Counted from the stretch's first letter, positions 19,023 through 28,642 are shown. The stretch: DNA of 64,000 bases from an uncultured cyanobacterium (GCA_963793425.1 CAWCAG010000009.1:32001-96000), one strand, 5' to 3'. Numbers and translations are program-made. Notes: a model not told the origin generated them from the letters alone.

Positions 19023-21552
19023 CTACTTCCTCATCTCTTCCTGGAGATAAGCAAGATTATTCCGAATAGTTACTGTGTTGGGGTGGTTGCTGCCTAAAAC
19101 TTGTTCGCATAACTCCAAAGCTTGTTGATATAGAGGTTCTGCTTCTGTATACTTTCCTTGTGATTTGTAGAGTCCTGCCAGGTTGTTGAGACTCGATGCT
19201 ACATCAGGATGTTCTTCTCCTAAAAGGCGTTTTCTTAGCTCCAAAGCTTGTTTGATATAAAGGTTCTGCTTCTGTATACCTTCCTTGGGATTCGTAGAGT
19301 GATGCCAGGTTGTTGAGACTCGATGCTACATCAGGATGTTCTTCTCCTAAAAGGCGTTTTCTTAGCTCCAAAGCTTGTTTGTATAAAGGTTCTGCCTCTG
19401 TATACCTTCCTTGGGATTTGTAGAGTAATGCCAGGTTGTTGAGACTGGTTGCAATAGAAGGATGTTCTTCTCCTAAAAGGCGTTTTCTTAGCTCCAAAGC
19501 TTGTTGATATAAAGGTTCTGCTTCTGTATACCTTCCTTGGGATTCGTAGAGTGCTGCCAGGTTGTTGAGACTGGATGCTACATCAGGATGTTCTTCTCCT
19601 AAAAGGCGTTTTCTTAACTCCAAAGCTTGTTGATATAAAGGTTCTGCCTCTGTATACCTTCCTTGGGATTTGTAGAGTCCTGCCAGGTTGTTGAGACTGG
19701 TTGCTACATCAGGATGTTCTTCTCCTAAAAGGCGTTTTCATAACTCCAAAGCTTGTTGATATAAAGGTTCTGCTTCTGTATACCTTCCTTGGGATTTGTA
19801 GAGTCCTGCCAGGTTGTTGAGACTGGTTGCTACATCAGGATGTTCTTCTCCTAAAAGGCGTTTTCTTAACTCCAAAGCTTGTTGATATAAAGGTTCTGCT
19901 TCTGTATACCTTCCTTGGGAATAGTAGAGTCATGCCAGGTTGTTGAGACTGGTTGCTACATCAGGATGTTCTTCTCCTAAAAGGCGTTTTCTTAACTCCA
20001 AAGCTTGTTGATATAAAGGTTCTGCCTCTGTATACCTTCCTTGGGATTCGTAGAGTGATGCCAGGTTATTGAGACTGGATGCTACATCAGGATGTTCTTC
20101 TCCTAAAAGGCGTTTTCATAACTCCAAAGCTTGTTGATATAGAGGTTCTGCCTCTGTATACCTTCCTTGGGATTCGTAGAGTTCTGCCAGGTTGTTGAGA
20201 CTCGATGCTACATGAGGATGTTCTTCTCCTAAGCGAGTTTCTACTTCTACCCAACACTGGTTTAAATAAGGTTCTGCTAATTTGTATAACCCCTGTCCTT
20301 TATAAAACCAAGCTAAACCAAGGAAAGACCAAATCAAGTCTTCATCATCGGCTACAACATCAAGATGCTTTGACGGTACTTCTTTGAGGTGAGGAATAGC
20401 TGCTTTTACCCTTTGAATATCTTTTAGAGTAGGTGTTTGAGGAATCGTCTTAGCAATAGCCACCATCGCCTCAGCAAAAGCCGTTGCAAACGCCTCTTTC
20501 TGCACCGAGGCTGCTAACTTTTCTTGGCAAAATACCCGAATCAAAGCATGAACTTTGTAACCGTTTTCTTTCTCATCAAACTGAATTAAATGCCGTTGAT
20601 AAAGTTGCCTTTTCCCCTGATTCAAACTCCCTTTACTCCAACTAAGATGACTTTCCGCCGCTTCCTTCACCAACTCCCAAGGTAACAAAGCCGGGGCAAA
20701 CAGCCCCATAAACATAGCCAAATCCTTCGCTTCTGTGTCCAGCTTTGCCCAACTCAACTCAAAAGCTGCCCTAACCCCTCTTTCTGCCGTACCATTAATG
20801 CTGCGATCTACTGCCTCGCAACCCAAACCCTCCTCTTGCAGCAATTCCCCCATCTCCTGCAAGCTCAAGCTGGGATCTTCCCTTAAATACCAACCCACCA
20901 ACTCAATACCCAAAGGTAAATAACCCAACCAAGCTAACAACTCCCTCGCCGTAGCAGCTTCTTGTGTAACTCGCTGTTTCCCCAACAGCTTAATCAATAA
21001 CTCCTCTGCCTTCTCCAGGGACAACACATTTAAAGGCATCTCCGTAAAACTGGGGCTGAGGTTACGCACTCTTGTAGTTAAAAGGAGAGAAAACCTCTTA
21101 TTTTGGGGTAAAACTTCCTGTAACTTCGTCTCCTTCCCCACATCATCCACCACTAGCAAAACCTTTCCCTGTTCGGGTTGCCAATGCTGCCAACACCACC
21201 TCACCTGCTGCAAAATATCGAGGGGTTGCCCCTGAGAGTTTTTTTGCGGAATCTCCAAACCCAGATTAAGCTGAATAAACTCTACCACCGCCGTAGCCAA
21301 GTCATTCACCCGCACATCAAACCAACAAACTCCCCCACCATAAACATCCTGATATCTCTTTACATATTGCGTCGCCAACTCCGTCTTGCCCACACCACCC
21401 ATTCCTGCCACCGCAGAAATAGCTATACCTTCTCCTTGGCATAACTTTGTGTGGAGTGTCTCCAACTCCTTCTCCCGTCCCACAAAATACTTTGAACCAG
21501 AATATTTAAGAGATTGTAATGGCTTTGAGTCCTGTTCCCCAGGCGAGTTCAG
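19023..21552 (-). pseudogene. NB-ARC (STAND) ATPase + TPR repeats, NLR-like; interrupted as assembled
   Basis: FVGRE, Walker A GMGGVGKT, Walker [31 protein letters not shown]s; in-frame TGA at 20116, 19930 and 19738 and a 1-nt insertion near 19251. Confidence 0.85.
19115..20232 (-). repeat. Nine near-identical 126-bp (42-aa) TPR-coding repeats
   Basis: AGGATGTTCTTCTCCTAA marker at 19206, 19333, 19459, 19585, 19711, 19837, 19963, 20089, 20215 (spacing 126, once 127). Confidence 0.95.
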
Positions 21553-22023
21553 TCAATAGTTATTATTGTTAACAGTAAAGCTACCAGGGCCAGAATTATT
21601 ATACTGCCCACCTTCAATCTTTTGCTGATAAACCCCAATACTTTCTGCTAACTTAGGGCGATTTTCCTTTGCCGCTTGTGCCTGTAATCTTTTGTTTAAA
21701 ACACCCAACTGCTTTTTAAAAACCTGATTTTCTTGCGCTGCCTCTTTTACCCGTTGCCCTAAAATCTCTAACTCTTGGCGCAACTCCCCATCAGACTCAA
21801 CCTCCTTTGCCACAGCCTCCAAAACCGCCACCCCAATATCTTCAGGATCTTCTACTGCTGCTTCCAACGCCTTAAACTTTTCCGGAGATTTACCAACCAA
21901 CAAACTCTTAACCTTGCTTCCCTGTTGCCAAGCTGCCTCAACAACCTTTTCTCCTGCTTTCTCCAGAGTTTTATTACCAAGCAAAACTCCCAAGGCAATT
22001 AATGTAGGAATAATTGGTTCCAT
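21553..22023 (-). CDS. Small helical Bell-like domain protein with C-terminal N/Q/G-rich amyloid-like tail; in frame with the downstream NB-ARC-TPR
   Basis: Hydrophobic N-terminal helix (MEPIIPTLIALGVLLGNKTLEKAGEK), helical body, tail IGVYQQKIEGGQYNNSGPGSFTVNNNNY; family call is by resemblance only. Confidence 0.6.
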   Translation of the reverse strand: MEPIIPTLIALGVLLGNKTLEKAGEKVVEAAWQQGSKVKSLLVGKSPEKFKALEAAVEDPEDIGVAVLEAVAKEVESDGELRQELEILGQRVKEAAQENQVFKKQLGVLNKRLQAQAAKENRPKLAESIGVYQQKIEGGQYNNSGPGSFTVNNNNY

Positions 22024-22092
22024 TATTCTGTCATAGTTAAAACTGTTGTTGCTATTATAGCTTGAGAGATTTTTTGTTAGTCACAGATAAAT

Positions 22093-22135
22093 GATCCTCC
22101 CAAGTCCCCCTTCCCAAGGGGGATTTAGGGGGATC
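22093..22135. repeat. Cyanobacterial palindromic short repeat / possible terminator after gnd
   Basis: GATCCTCCCAAGTCCCCCTT-CCC-AAGGGGGATTTAGGGGGATC imperfect palindrome. Confidence 0.6.
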
Positions 22136-22160
22136 ATCAAACTAAATCAACTAAAAAAAC

Positions 22161-23585
22161 CTAAGCTTGTTCCATCCACTCTGTATGAGTAAACTCACCT
22201 CTGGGCTTGTCGATTCTTTCGTAGGTATGGGCCCCGAAATAATCCCGTTGTGCCTGAGTTAAGTTTTGGGGTAAACTGCCACGACGATAGCTATCGAAGT
22301 AATCCAACGAAGCACTAAAAGCAGGAACAGCAATACCTGAACTATTGGCAGTAGCAAGGACTTCCCGCCATGCCTCTTGGCGATCTAGGATACTTTGCTT
22401 AAACTCTGGGGCCAAGAGTAGGTTAGGTAAAAGAGGATTGTCTCGGAAAGCCTCCTTAATCTTATCCAAGAAACTAGCCCGAATAATACAACCTCCTTTC
22501 CAAATACGAGAAGTTTCGCTTAAATTGAGGTTATAGTTAAACTCGCTAGATGCCTTACTTAACAAAGCCATGCCTTGGGCATAGGAACACATTTTAGAAC
22601 AGTAAAGGGCATCCCGAATCTTATTAACAAAAGCTTTCTTGTCTCCTTCAAACTTACCCATCGGGCCAGTCAAAACCTTAGAAGCAGCCACCCTTTCATC
22701 TTTGTAAGCAGACATAACGCGGGCATTAACTGCTGCATAGATAGTGGGTATAGGTACGCCTAATTCCAAAGAACTAACCACAGTCCAACGTCCAGTACCC
22801 TTTTGCCCAGCAGCATCAAGAATTAATTCTACCAGAGGGCCTTTAGTTTCTGGATCAATATACTTAAAGATGTCGGCGGTAATCTCAATCAAGAAAGAAT
22901 TGAGTTCATCTGTAGTATTCCACTCAGCAAACACTTCATGTAACTCAGTATGGCTTAAGCCTAAAGCATTTTTCATTAAATCATAGGCTTCAGCAATAAG
23001 CTGCATATCTCCATACTCAATGCCATTGTGAACCATTTTCACATAATGACCCGCACCTCCAGGGCCGATAAAAGTCACACAAGGACCATCATCCACTTGG
23101 GCAGCAATTTTGGTTAAAATGGGTTCCAACTTTTGGTAAGCTGCTTCTGTCCCTCCTGGCATCAAACTAGGGCCATTAAGGGCCCCTTCTTCGCCGCCAC
23201 TAACACCCATACCCATATAACCTAGTCCCGTAGCTTCTAGTTCTTGGGTACGTCTTTCGGTATCATTATAAAGAGAGTTACCGCCATCGATAATCATATC
23301 TCCTTCTTCTAGCAAAGGCTTAAGCTGTCCAATAACTGCATCCACAGGTTTACCAGCTTTAACCATTACTAGGATTTGGCGGGGACGTTCTAGACTTTCG
23401 ACAAATTCCTCCAAAGAATAGGCTGCTTTCACGTCCTTATCTTGGGCGCGGTTGGCCATAAAATCCTTCGTTTTCGTGGGAGTTCGGTTATAAACTGCGA
23501 TGGGAAAACCGCGACTTTCTACATTAAGGGCCAAATTTTCCCCCATTACCGCTAAGCCAATTACGCCGAAATTTCTTTTACTCAT
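22161..23585 (-). CDS. gnd: 6-phosphogluconate dehydrogenase (NADP-dependent, decarboxylating)
   Basis: GVIGLAVMGENLALN, VKMVHNGIEYGDMQ, QAQRDYFGAHTY; ATG at 23585 preferred over the upstream TTG. Confidence 0.97.
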   Translation of the reverse strand: MSKRNFGVIGLAVMGENLALNVESRGFPIAVYNRTPTKTKDFMANRAQDKDVKAAYSLEEFVESLERPRQILVMVKAGKPVDAVIGQLKPLLEEGDMIIDGGNSLYNDTERRTQELEATGLGYMGMGVSGGEEGALNGPSLMPGGTEAAYQKLEPILTKIAAQVDDGPCVTFIGPGGAGHYVKMVHNGIEYGDMQLIAEAYDLMKNALGLSHTELHEVFAEWNTTDELNSFLIEITADIFKYIDPETKGPLVELILDAAGQKGTGRWTVVSSLELGVPIPTIYAAVNARVMSAYKDERVAASKVLTGPMGKFEGDKKAFVNKIRDALYCSKMCSYAQGMALLSKASSEFNYNLNLSETSRIWKGGCIIRASFLDKIKEAFRDNPLLPNLLLAPEFKQSILDRQEAWREVLATANSSGIAVPAFSASLDYFDSYRRGSLPQNLTQAQRDYFGAHTYERIDKPRGEFTHTEWMEQA

Positions 23586-23733
23586 AAAACTCTTTGCCAA
23601 TTCTAATATCTATCCCGCGTGGGGGTAAGCTACACTCTCAACAGTAGCCCGATCTTCTTGATTCATGGCTAAAGAAGAGATTAAGAGTTTTGTCTTTTGT
23701 TAAAAGTAGCTGACTATTTTCAATGAACAGTTA

Positions 23734-24297
23734 TCAATAATCAATGATCAGTGGGGGAGTGTTAGGCGGTTTTAGTTGGAAGAGTGAACATTTGATGCCG
23801 TAGTATTTATCTGTTGTCCCCAGGGGGAGCATTTTTAGACGTTCCATGACGCGAATTGAACGCTTATTTTCTGCCCTGGTGATCGCATAAATTACCGGCA
23901 AATTTAAACTATCAAAGCCATACTCAAGAATCTTTTTTGCCCCCTCTGTGGCATAACCTTGACCCCAACTTCTACGCCGCAAATGCCAGCCAATTTCAAC
24001 ATCTTGAGTTAATTTTCCTTCCGCATCAGGTAATTGCTTGAGAATAATTGCCCCAATAAGCTGTCCTGTGGCTTTTTCTACAGCAGCCCAATAACCAGTG
24101 CCATTGTTAAGGGCATCGTAACGGTCTACATTTAATTGCAGGCGATCGCGTACACTAGTAATGCTTTTTTCAACTTTACCATCACCGATATAACGCATTA
24201 CTTCACGATCACCATAAATCTCCCAAGCGGCTTGGGCATCTTGTTGAGGTTGCCAAGGGCGGAGTAATAAGCGTTGGGTGATAAACTCCTTATTCAT
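23734..24297 (-). CDS. GNAT N-acetyltransferase (RimJ/RimL type)
   Basis: TQRLLLRPW, EIGWHL...WGQGYATEGA, N..SIRVMERL. Confidence 0.85.
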   Translation of the reverse strand: MNKEFITQRLLLRPWQPQQDAQAAWEIYGDREVMRYIGDGKVEKSITSVRDRLQLNVDRYDALNNGTGYWAAVEKATGQLIGAIILKQLPDAEGKLTQDVEIGWHLRRRSWGQGYATEGAKKILEYGFDSLNLPVIYAITRAENKRSIRVMERLKMLPLGTTDKYYGIKCSLFQLKPPNTPPLIIDY

Positions 24298-24495
24298 CGC
24301 CGTTAATTTATCTCTTCCTTTTGATTTTATGCTCTGAAGGTAACTTCTTTCTTAAGGAAGTGTTAACCTCAAAGCTTATTTACTTAGCATATTACTAAAC
24401 TTCTGTTTCGTTCTTGCCGGCAAATACAGACCGAAAGAGAGTAAGTTGAACCTAAATATAAATTTACCCAATCTCTGAGCGAAGAAAGTAGTAAT

Positions 24496-25452
24496 ATGAG
24501 TCGTACAGCCTGCTTGATTTTTAATCCTGTTGCTGGACAAGGGGATGCTGACCAAGATTTAGAAAAAATCAAGACCCTTCTTGACCCCAAAATTGATCTT
24601 GATATTAAGCTAACAACCAAAGAGGTTGATGCAGGTCAACTGGCACGAGAGGCCGTAGCAAGGGGGGTTGAAGCTGTTATCGCTTCGGGGGGAGATGGTA
24701 CTCTTTCTGCGGCGGCCGAAGCTTTAGTAGAAACGGATATTCCTTTGGGAATAATTTCTAGGGGGACGGCCAATGCTTTCGCCTCAGCTTTAGGAATTCC
24801 TGATGTCATTGAAGAAGCTTGTCAAATGATTCTTGATGGCAAAACTAGAGTTGTAGATGCGGCTGTGTGCAACGACAAGCCCATGGTACTTTTAGCCGGG
24901 ATCGGTTTTGAAGCAGAAACGGTTAAAGATACCTCTCGCGCCTCCAAAAATCGTTGGGGAATGCTAGCTTATGTTCTCGCTGGCATCAAGCAACTGGCAG
25001 ATTTAGAAGCTTTTGAAGCTACCATTGAAACAGAAGATAAAATTATTGAAGTTACTGCCACAGCCATAACCGTTGCTAATGCTGCCCCCCCTTCATCAGT
25101 TTTAGCCCAAGGGCCAGCAGGTATTATTGTTGATGATGGCTTGCTTGATTTAACCTTAGTAGCCCCTAATAGTCGGGCTGGGGCTGTGGCAGCTTCTTAT
25201 CATTTATTACAAACTGCTTTTAGTAACGAAGCAGCAGAAAGAGATGATATTGGTTATCTACGGGCTAAAGAAATCAAAGTTACTACTAATCCTCCTCAGC
25301 AAGTGGTTCTGGATGGAGAATTAATTGGTAAAACTCCTGTTAGTATTAAATGTATTCCCCAATGCTTGACTATTTTTGTTCCCATGACGAAAGCAGAAAG
25401 GCCAGCAGAAAAGTTGGCAGGACTACCGGAGTTAAAGGTTGAGGATAAGTGA
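24496..25452 (+). CDS. YegS/DAGK-family lipid kinase
   Basis: IFNPVAG, SGGDGT, RGTANAFA, GIGFEA, LDGE motifs. Confidence 0.9.
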   Translation: MSRTACLIFNPVAGQGDADQDLEKIKTLLDPKIDLDIKLTTKEVDAGQLAREAVARGVEAVIASGGDGTLSAAAEALVETDIPLGIISRGTANAFASALGIPDVIEEACQMILDGKTRVVDAAVCNDKPMVLLAGIGFEAETVKDTSRASKNRWGMLAYVLAGIKQLADLEAFEATIETEDKIIEVTATAITVANAAPPSSVLAQGPAGIIVDDGLLDLTLVAPNSRAGAVAASYHLLQTAFSNEAAERDDIGYLRAKEIKVTTNPPQQVVLDGELIGKTPVSIKCIPQCLTIFVPMTKAERPAEKLAGLPELKVEDK

Positions 25453-25499
25453 TTGCTAGTTGCTAATTGCCAACTCCGTTCCCTGTTTTCACGACTAAC

Positions 25500-26177
25500 T
25501 TAAACAGACATTTGGGTTATGGCGATATTTCCTGAGAAGCAAATATCTACATCTGAACCAGAGGTGCGATCGCGTTTTTCATAAACACCTTCGTATTGAT
25601 AGGAGTTTCCCTCAACTCGATATTGTAATGGCAACGGTTCTTTACTTTGAGGGCAAAAGACAATTTTGGGATCAGGGGAACCAGATTCTAAATGAGGTAA
25701 GTTAACATTCCAAAAACTTCCAGGGGGTAAGGGGCGAGGAAATAAATCTGCTAATACTTTTTTAGTCCAGTAAGTAGCCCAATCCCAATCAATTATTAAA
25801 GGTCTTTTGATCCAATGGGAAACAGCTATTCCCGAAATACCTTGCATCGCAGCTTCTCTGACAGCAGCCACAGTTCCAGAAATATAAGCATCGGTTCCTA
25901 AGTTGCCCCCAGCATTAATACCAGAAAGAAGCCAATCTATTTCTCTACATAAATGGCTAACTGCGAGGCGGCTACAATCGGCCGGAGTGCCGCCGATAGC
26001 ATACTCAGTTTCTGTACGTTGCACCACTGGAATTGGTCTGTCGGTAGTAACTTGGTGGCTGCAACCAGAGTGATGTTCTTTGGGGGCAACAATTATGCCT
26101 TTTCCTTCTACGGCCCCTTGTAAAGCTTGTATACCAGGGGCATCAATACCGTCATCATTGGTTAAAACTAAGATCAT
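25500..26177 (-). CDS. surE: 5'/3'-nucleotidase SurE
   Basis: LTNDDGIDAPG, GTPADC, SGINAGGNLG, SGTVAA. Confidence 0.92.
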   Translation of the reverse strand: MILVLTNDDGIDAPGIQALQGAVEGKGIIVAPKEHHSGCSHQVTTDRPIPVVQRTETEYAIGGTPADCSRLAVSHLCREIDWLLSGINAGGNLGTDAYISGTVAAVREAAMQGISGIAVSHWIKRPLIIDWDWATYWTKKVLADLFPRPLPPGSFWNVNLPHLESGSPDPKIVFCPQSKEPLPLQYRVEGNSYQYEGVYEKRDRTSGSDVDICFSGNIAITQMSV

Positions 26178-26244
26178 TTACCATTTATCTTTTAGCCGTC
26201 TTACTTATTGTCTGCGATCGCCTGAGCTTTTTCGACTAATAAAT

Positions 26245-26538
26245 CTAATGACTACGGAAATATTGATAGCGATAGAAGGTATAAAGATTAAACAAACCTC
26301 CTACCAAACTACAGGCTAAGGCAATTGTCAATATTCCCTGTAAAGGGCAACCGTTGCCGAAGGTAGCCAGAAATTTAAAAACCGTACTTAGGAAAATCTG
26401 ACCAAAAACAGCTAAGCCCGGTATATAGATAGCTATAACGGGAACCACCAGTATCGCGCCTACTACAACCATTGGCGCTAAAAAACTGAAAATGGTAGTT
26501 AGTAGTAAAGAAAATAAGAAATTAGGCAAACTGCTCAT
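26245..26538 (-). CDS. Small conserved hypothetical membrane protein
   Basis: Hydrophobic 97-aa ORF with FLATFGNG motif. Confidence 0.6.
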   Translation of the reverse strand: MSSLPNFLFSLLLTTIFSFLAPMVVVGAILVVPVIAIYIPGLAVFGQIFLSTVFKFLATFGNGCPLQGILTIALACSLVGGLFNLYTFYRYQYFRSH

Positions 26539-26728
26539 AGGGAAGCTAGTAATTTAGTAACTGAAGCAGGATAATGATACGAAAATAAATTTTACTATCC
26601 TGCGCCTTCTTTCCAGTATTAGAGGAGAAAAACCGATTTTTCCGGAAATGTTTTATTTCTTAAATGTTCATTAACAATCTTGGTGAACATCCGTAAATTT
26701 CTTCTCATAAATCAGGACGGGGAGAAAA

Positions 26729-26798
26729 CTATTAGCAACTAGCAACTAGCCATTAGCCATAACCAGGCTGTACCTCACGCTTACCAGAAATTGCTATA
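26729..26798 (+). mobile_element. Partial copy (one arm) of the TATAGC...GAGGTACA MITE family
   Basis: AGGCTGTACCTCACGCTTACCAGAAATTGCTATA closely matches the reverse complement of 43649-43682; preceded by heptamer repeats. Confidence 0.6.
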
Positions 26799-26836
26799 TA
26801 TATCTAATTAACTTAACTTAACTTTTGTTTGCATGG

Positions 26837-27763
26837 TTAAAAATCCTCTTGGCGAATCCAGCCATTAATGGTAAAGCGGCTATCCCGAAAAGCTTGGGAT
26901 TGGCAGTTGATGGGCAGGACTTCGTGCATATAGCGGCTGAGAAAGAAGACAATGCTATTTTGACGAGGTTCAACGGTTTGATAAGAATCTGCCTCTACAT
27001 AGAAATTGTTTTCTATCTTACTATCATAAATAACTAACTCTCCTCCTCCAAAAGATTTAGGTTCGCGATAAAAATAATAAACGTAGGTGAGAAGACGATT
27101 AGCAGTATCGGGACTCCCGTTATCATTGTGAATACGATAGTAGTTTCCCTGATTGTGGGCAGTTAATTGAGTTTCTACCTCAGTTGGATTAAAAGAAGAA
27201 ATTCCTAATTGTGAACAGACTTGAGGAAGAACTTTTTTGATCCGAGTGACAATAAGTTCAGAAAAGTTAGGGAAGGAATAAAGTACTGAAGATTGGCGAT
27301 AATTAAGGTCTTGGGTGGAAGTATTACTAGGGATAAAGTCTTTCTCTTTGGCGATAACATAATTAAGTAATTGTTGTTGTTCTTCTGAGGTTAAAAGGTC
27401 ATCAAGTTGAACAGATTCTGAAGGAATTACTTCTAATTGTGGCTGACCCTCATCCTGAAGTAGAGTTTCTGGAGTCTCAGGCAACTTTGTCAGAGAATTT
27501 TCGACATTCAACTGAACTGGTGGTTCGGTAATTACCCCAATTAAATGTTCCGCTGACAAATAAAGTGCTGCCCGGTTTTCTTGAAGAGGAATTTGCCAAC
27601 CAGGAGGAGACGCTTGGCTAACATCAGAATTCATAAACCGATAAACTAATTCATAGAGGAGAGGATGATCAGATGGCAGATAAAAAGTTTTTTCGTGACC
27701 ACCAGAAAGCAGAAGAGTAACCTTAACCTCTTGAGTGGCAAAAGAGTCAGAAACAAATACCAT
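26837..27763 (-). CDS. 2OG-Fe(II) oxygenase (prolyl-hydroxylase-like)
   Basis: HND iron ligand motif, GGEL, HEV, SRFTINGW. Confidence 0.85.
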   Translation of the reverse strand: MVFVSDSFATQEVKVTLLLSGGHEKTFYLPSDHPLLYELVYRFMNSDVSQASPPGWQIPLQENRAALYLSAEHLIGVITEPPVQLNVENSLTKLPETPETLLQDEGQPQLEVIPSESVQLDDLLTSEEQQQLLNYVIAKEKDFIPSNTSTQDLNYRQSSVLYSFPNFSELIVTRIKKVLPQVCSQLGISSFNPTEVETQLTAHNQGNYYRIHNDNGSPDTANRLLTYVYYFYREPKSFGGGELVIYDSKIENNFYVEADSYQTVEPRQNSIVFFLSRYMHEVLPINCQSQAFRDSRFTINGWIRQEDF

Positions 27764-27825
27764 AAAAATCAGGTTTAAAAAGCAACTGTAAAATAAAAAA
27801 GTAGGCAGTTAAAGGAGGAAGATAG

Positions 27826-28602
27826 ATGGTAAAATCTGAGGCAATTTTGCGTCTACCAACGGGCAAAGAACTACCTTGCTCTGATGATACCCCTGTGGAT
27901 AACGAACTACAAAATCTTATTCCTAATCTTCTCGAAATTATCCTCGCTTCGATTTGGCACAACCGCAGAGATTGGTTTTTTGCTGTGGATATGGGAGTTT
28001 ATCATCAAACAGGTACAAAGGTAAGAAGTCCGATTGTTCCTGATGGCTTTCTGAGTTTGGGTGTAGAGAGGGTTAAAGATGGTGAAGCGAGAGATAGTTA
28101 TGTGGTTTGGGAAGAAAAAAATGTTGTCCCGATTTGGGTATTAGAGATAGTCTCAAAAACCTATGGAGGAGAATATGACCGCAAGATGGCAGATTATGCC
28201 AGATTGGGAGTAAGTTACTACACAATTTACAACCCGAAATACTGGCAAAAGCAGAAAAGAAAGAGTGCTTTGGAAGTATATCATTTGGAAGAAGGCAGCT
28301 ATCGACTTTTAGAAGGAGAACCAATTTGGTTGCCAGAAGTGGGTTTAGGCATTGGATGTTCTCAAGGGAAGTATTGTGGTTTAGAGAGGGAGTGGTTGTT
28401 TTGGTTTGATGAAGCAGGAAATCGTTTTTCCCTTCCGGAAGAGTTGTTGGAAAATGCTGTACAAAGAGCAAGAATTATAGAAGAACAATTGGCAGCAGAG
28501 AGACTGAAAAATCAACAAAAACAACAAGCAGCGATCGCAAATCTCCAAGCTTTAGGTTTAAGTTTGGAACAAATTACTGAAGCTTTGGGTTTGGATAGAT
28601 GA
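27826..28602 (+). CDS. Uma2-family (DUF820) putative endonuclease
   Basis: SDDTPVDNELQ, VPDGFLSLG, VLEIVS, K..DYARLGVSYY.IYNP. Confidence 0.88.
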   Translation: MVKSEAILRLPTGKELPCSDDTPVDNELQNLIPNLLEIILASIWHNRRDWFFAVDMGVYHQTGTKVRSPIVPDGFLSLGVERVKDGEARDSYVVWEEKNVVPIWVLEIVSKTYGGEYDRKMADYARLGVSYYTIYNPKYWQKQKRKSALEVYHLEEGSYRLLEGEPIWLPEVGLGIGCSQGKYCGLEREWLFWFDEAGNRFSLPEELLENAVQRARIIEEQLAAERLKNQQKQQAAIANLQALGLSLEQITEALGLDR

Positions 28603-28614
28603 GTAAGTAATCAG

Positions 28615-28631
28615 GGTGGGCGATGCCCACC
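28615..28631. repeat. Short REP-like hairpin between convergent genes
   Basis: GGTGGGC-GAT-GCCCACC perfect 7-bp stem. Confidence 0.5.
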
Positions 28632-28642
28632 TCCAGAAAAAA

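Noticed and set aside
19115..20232. Diversity-generating retroelement target
   Set aside because: No reverse transcriptase or template repeat in the window; variation is spread over tandem repeats and fits recombination better
19023..22023. Genome-wide TGA reassignment or selenocysteine insertion
   Set aside because: pheT, pcrA, rplI and glpD end in TGA at expected positions; the TGAs replace Arg or variable residues rather than catalytic Cys, and no SECIS-like hairpin is evident
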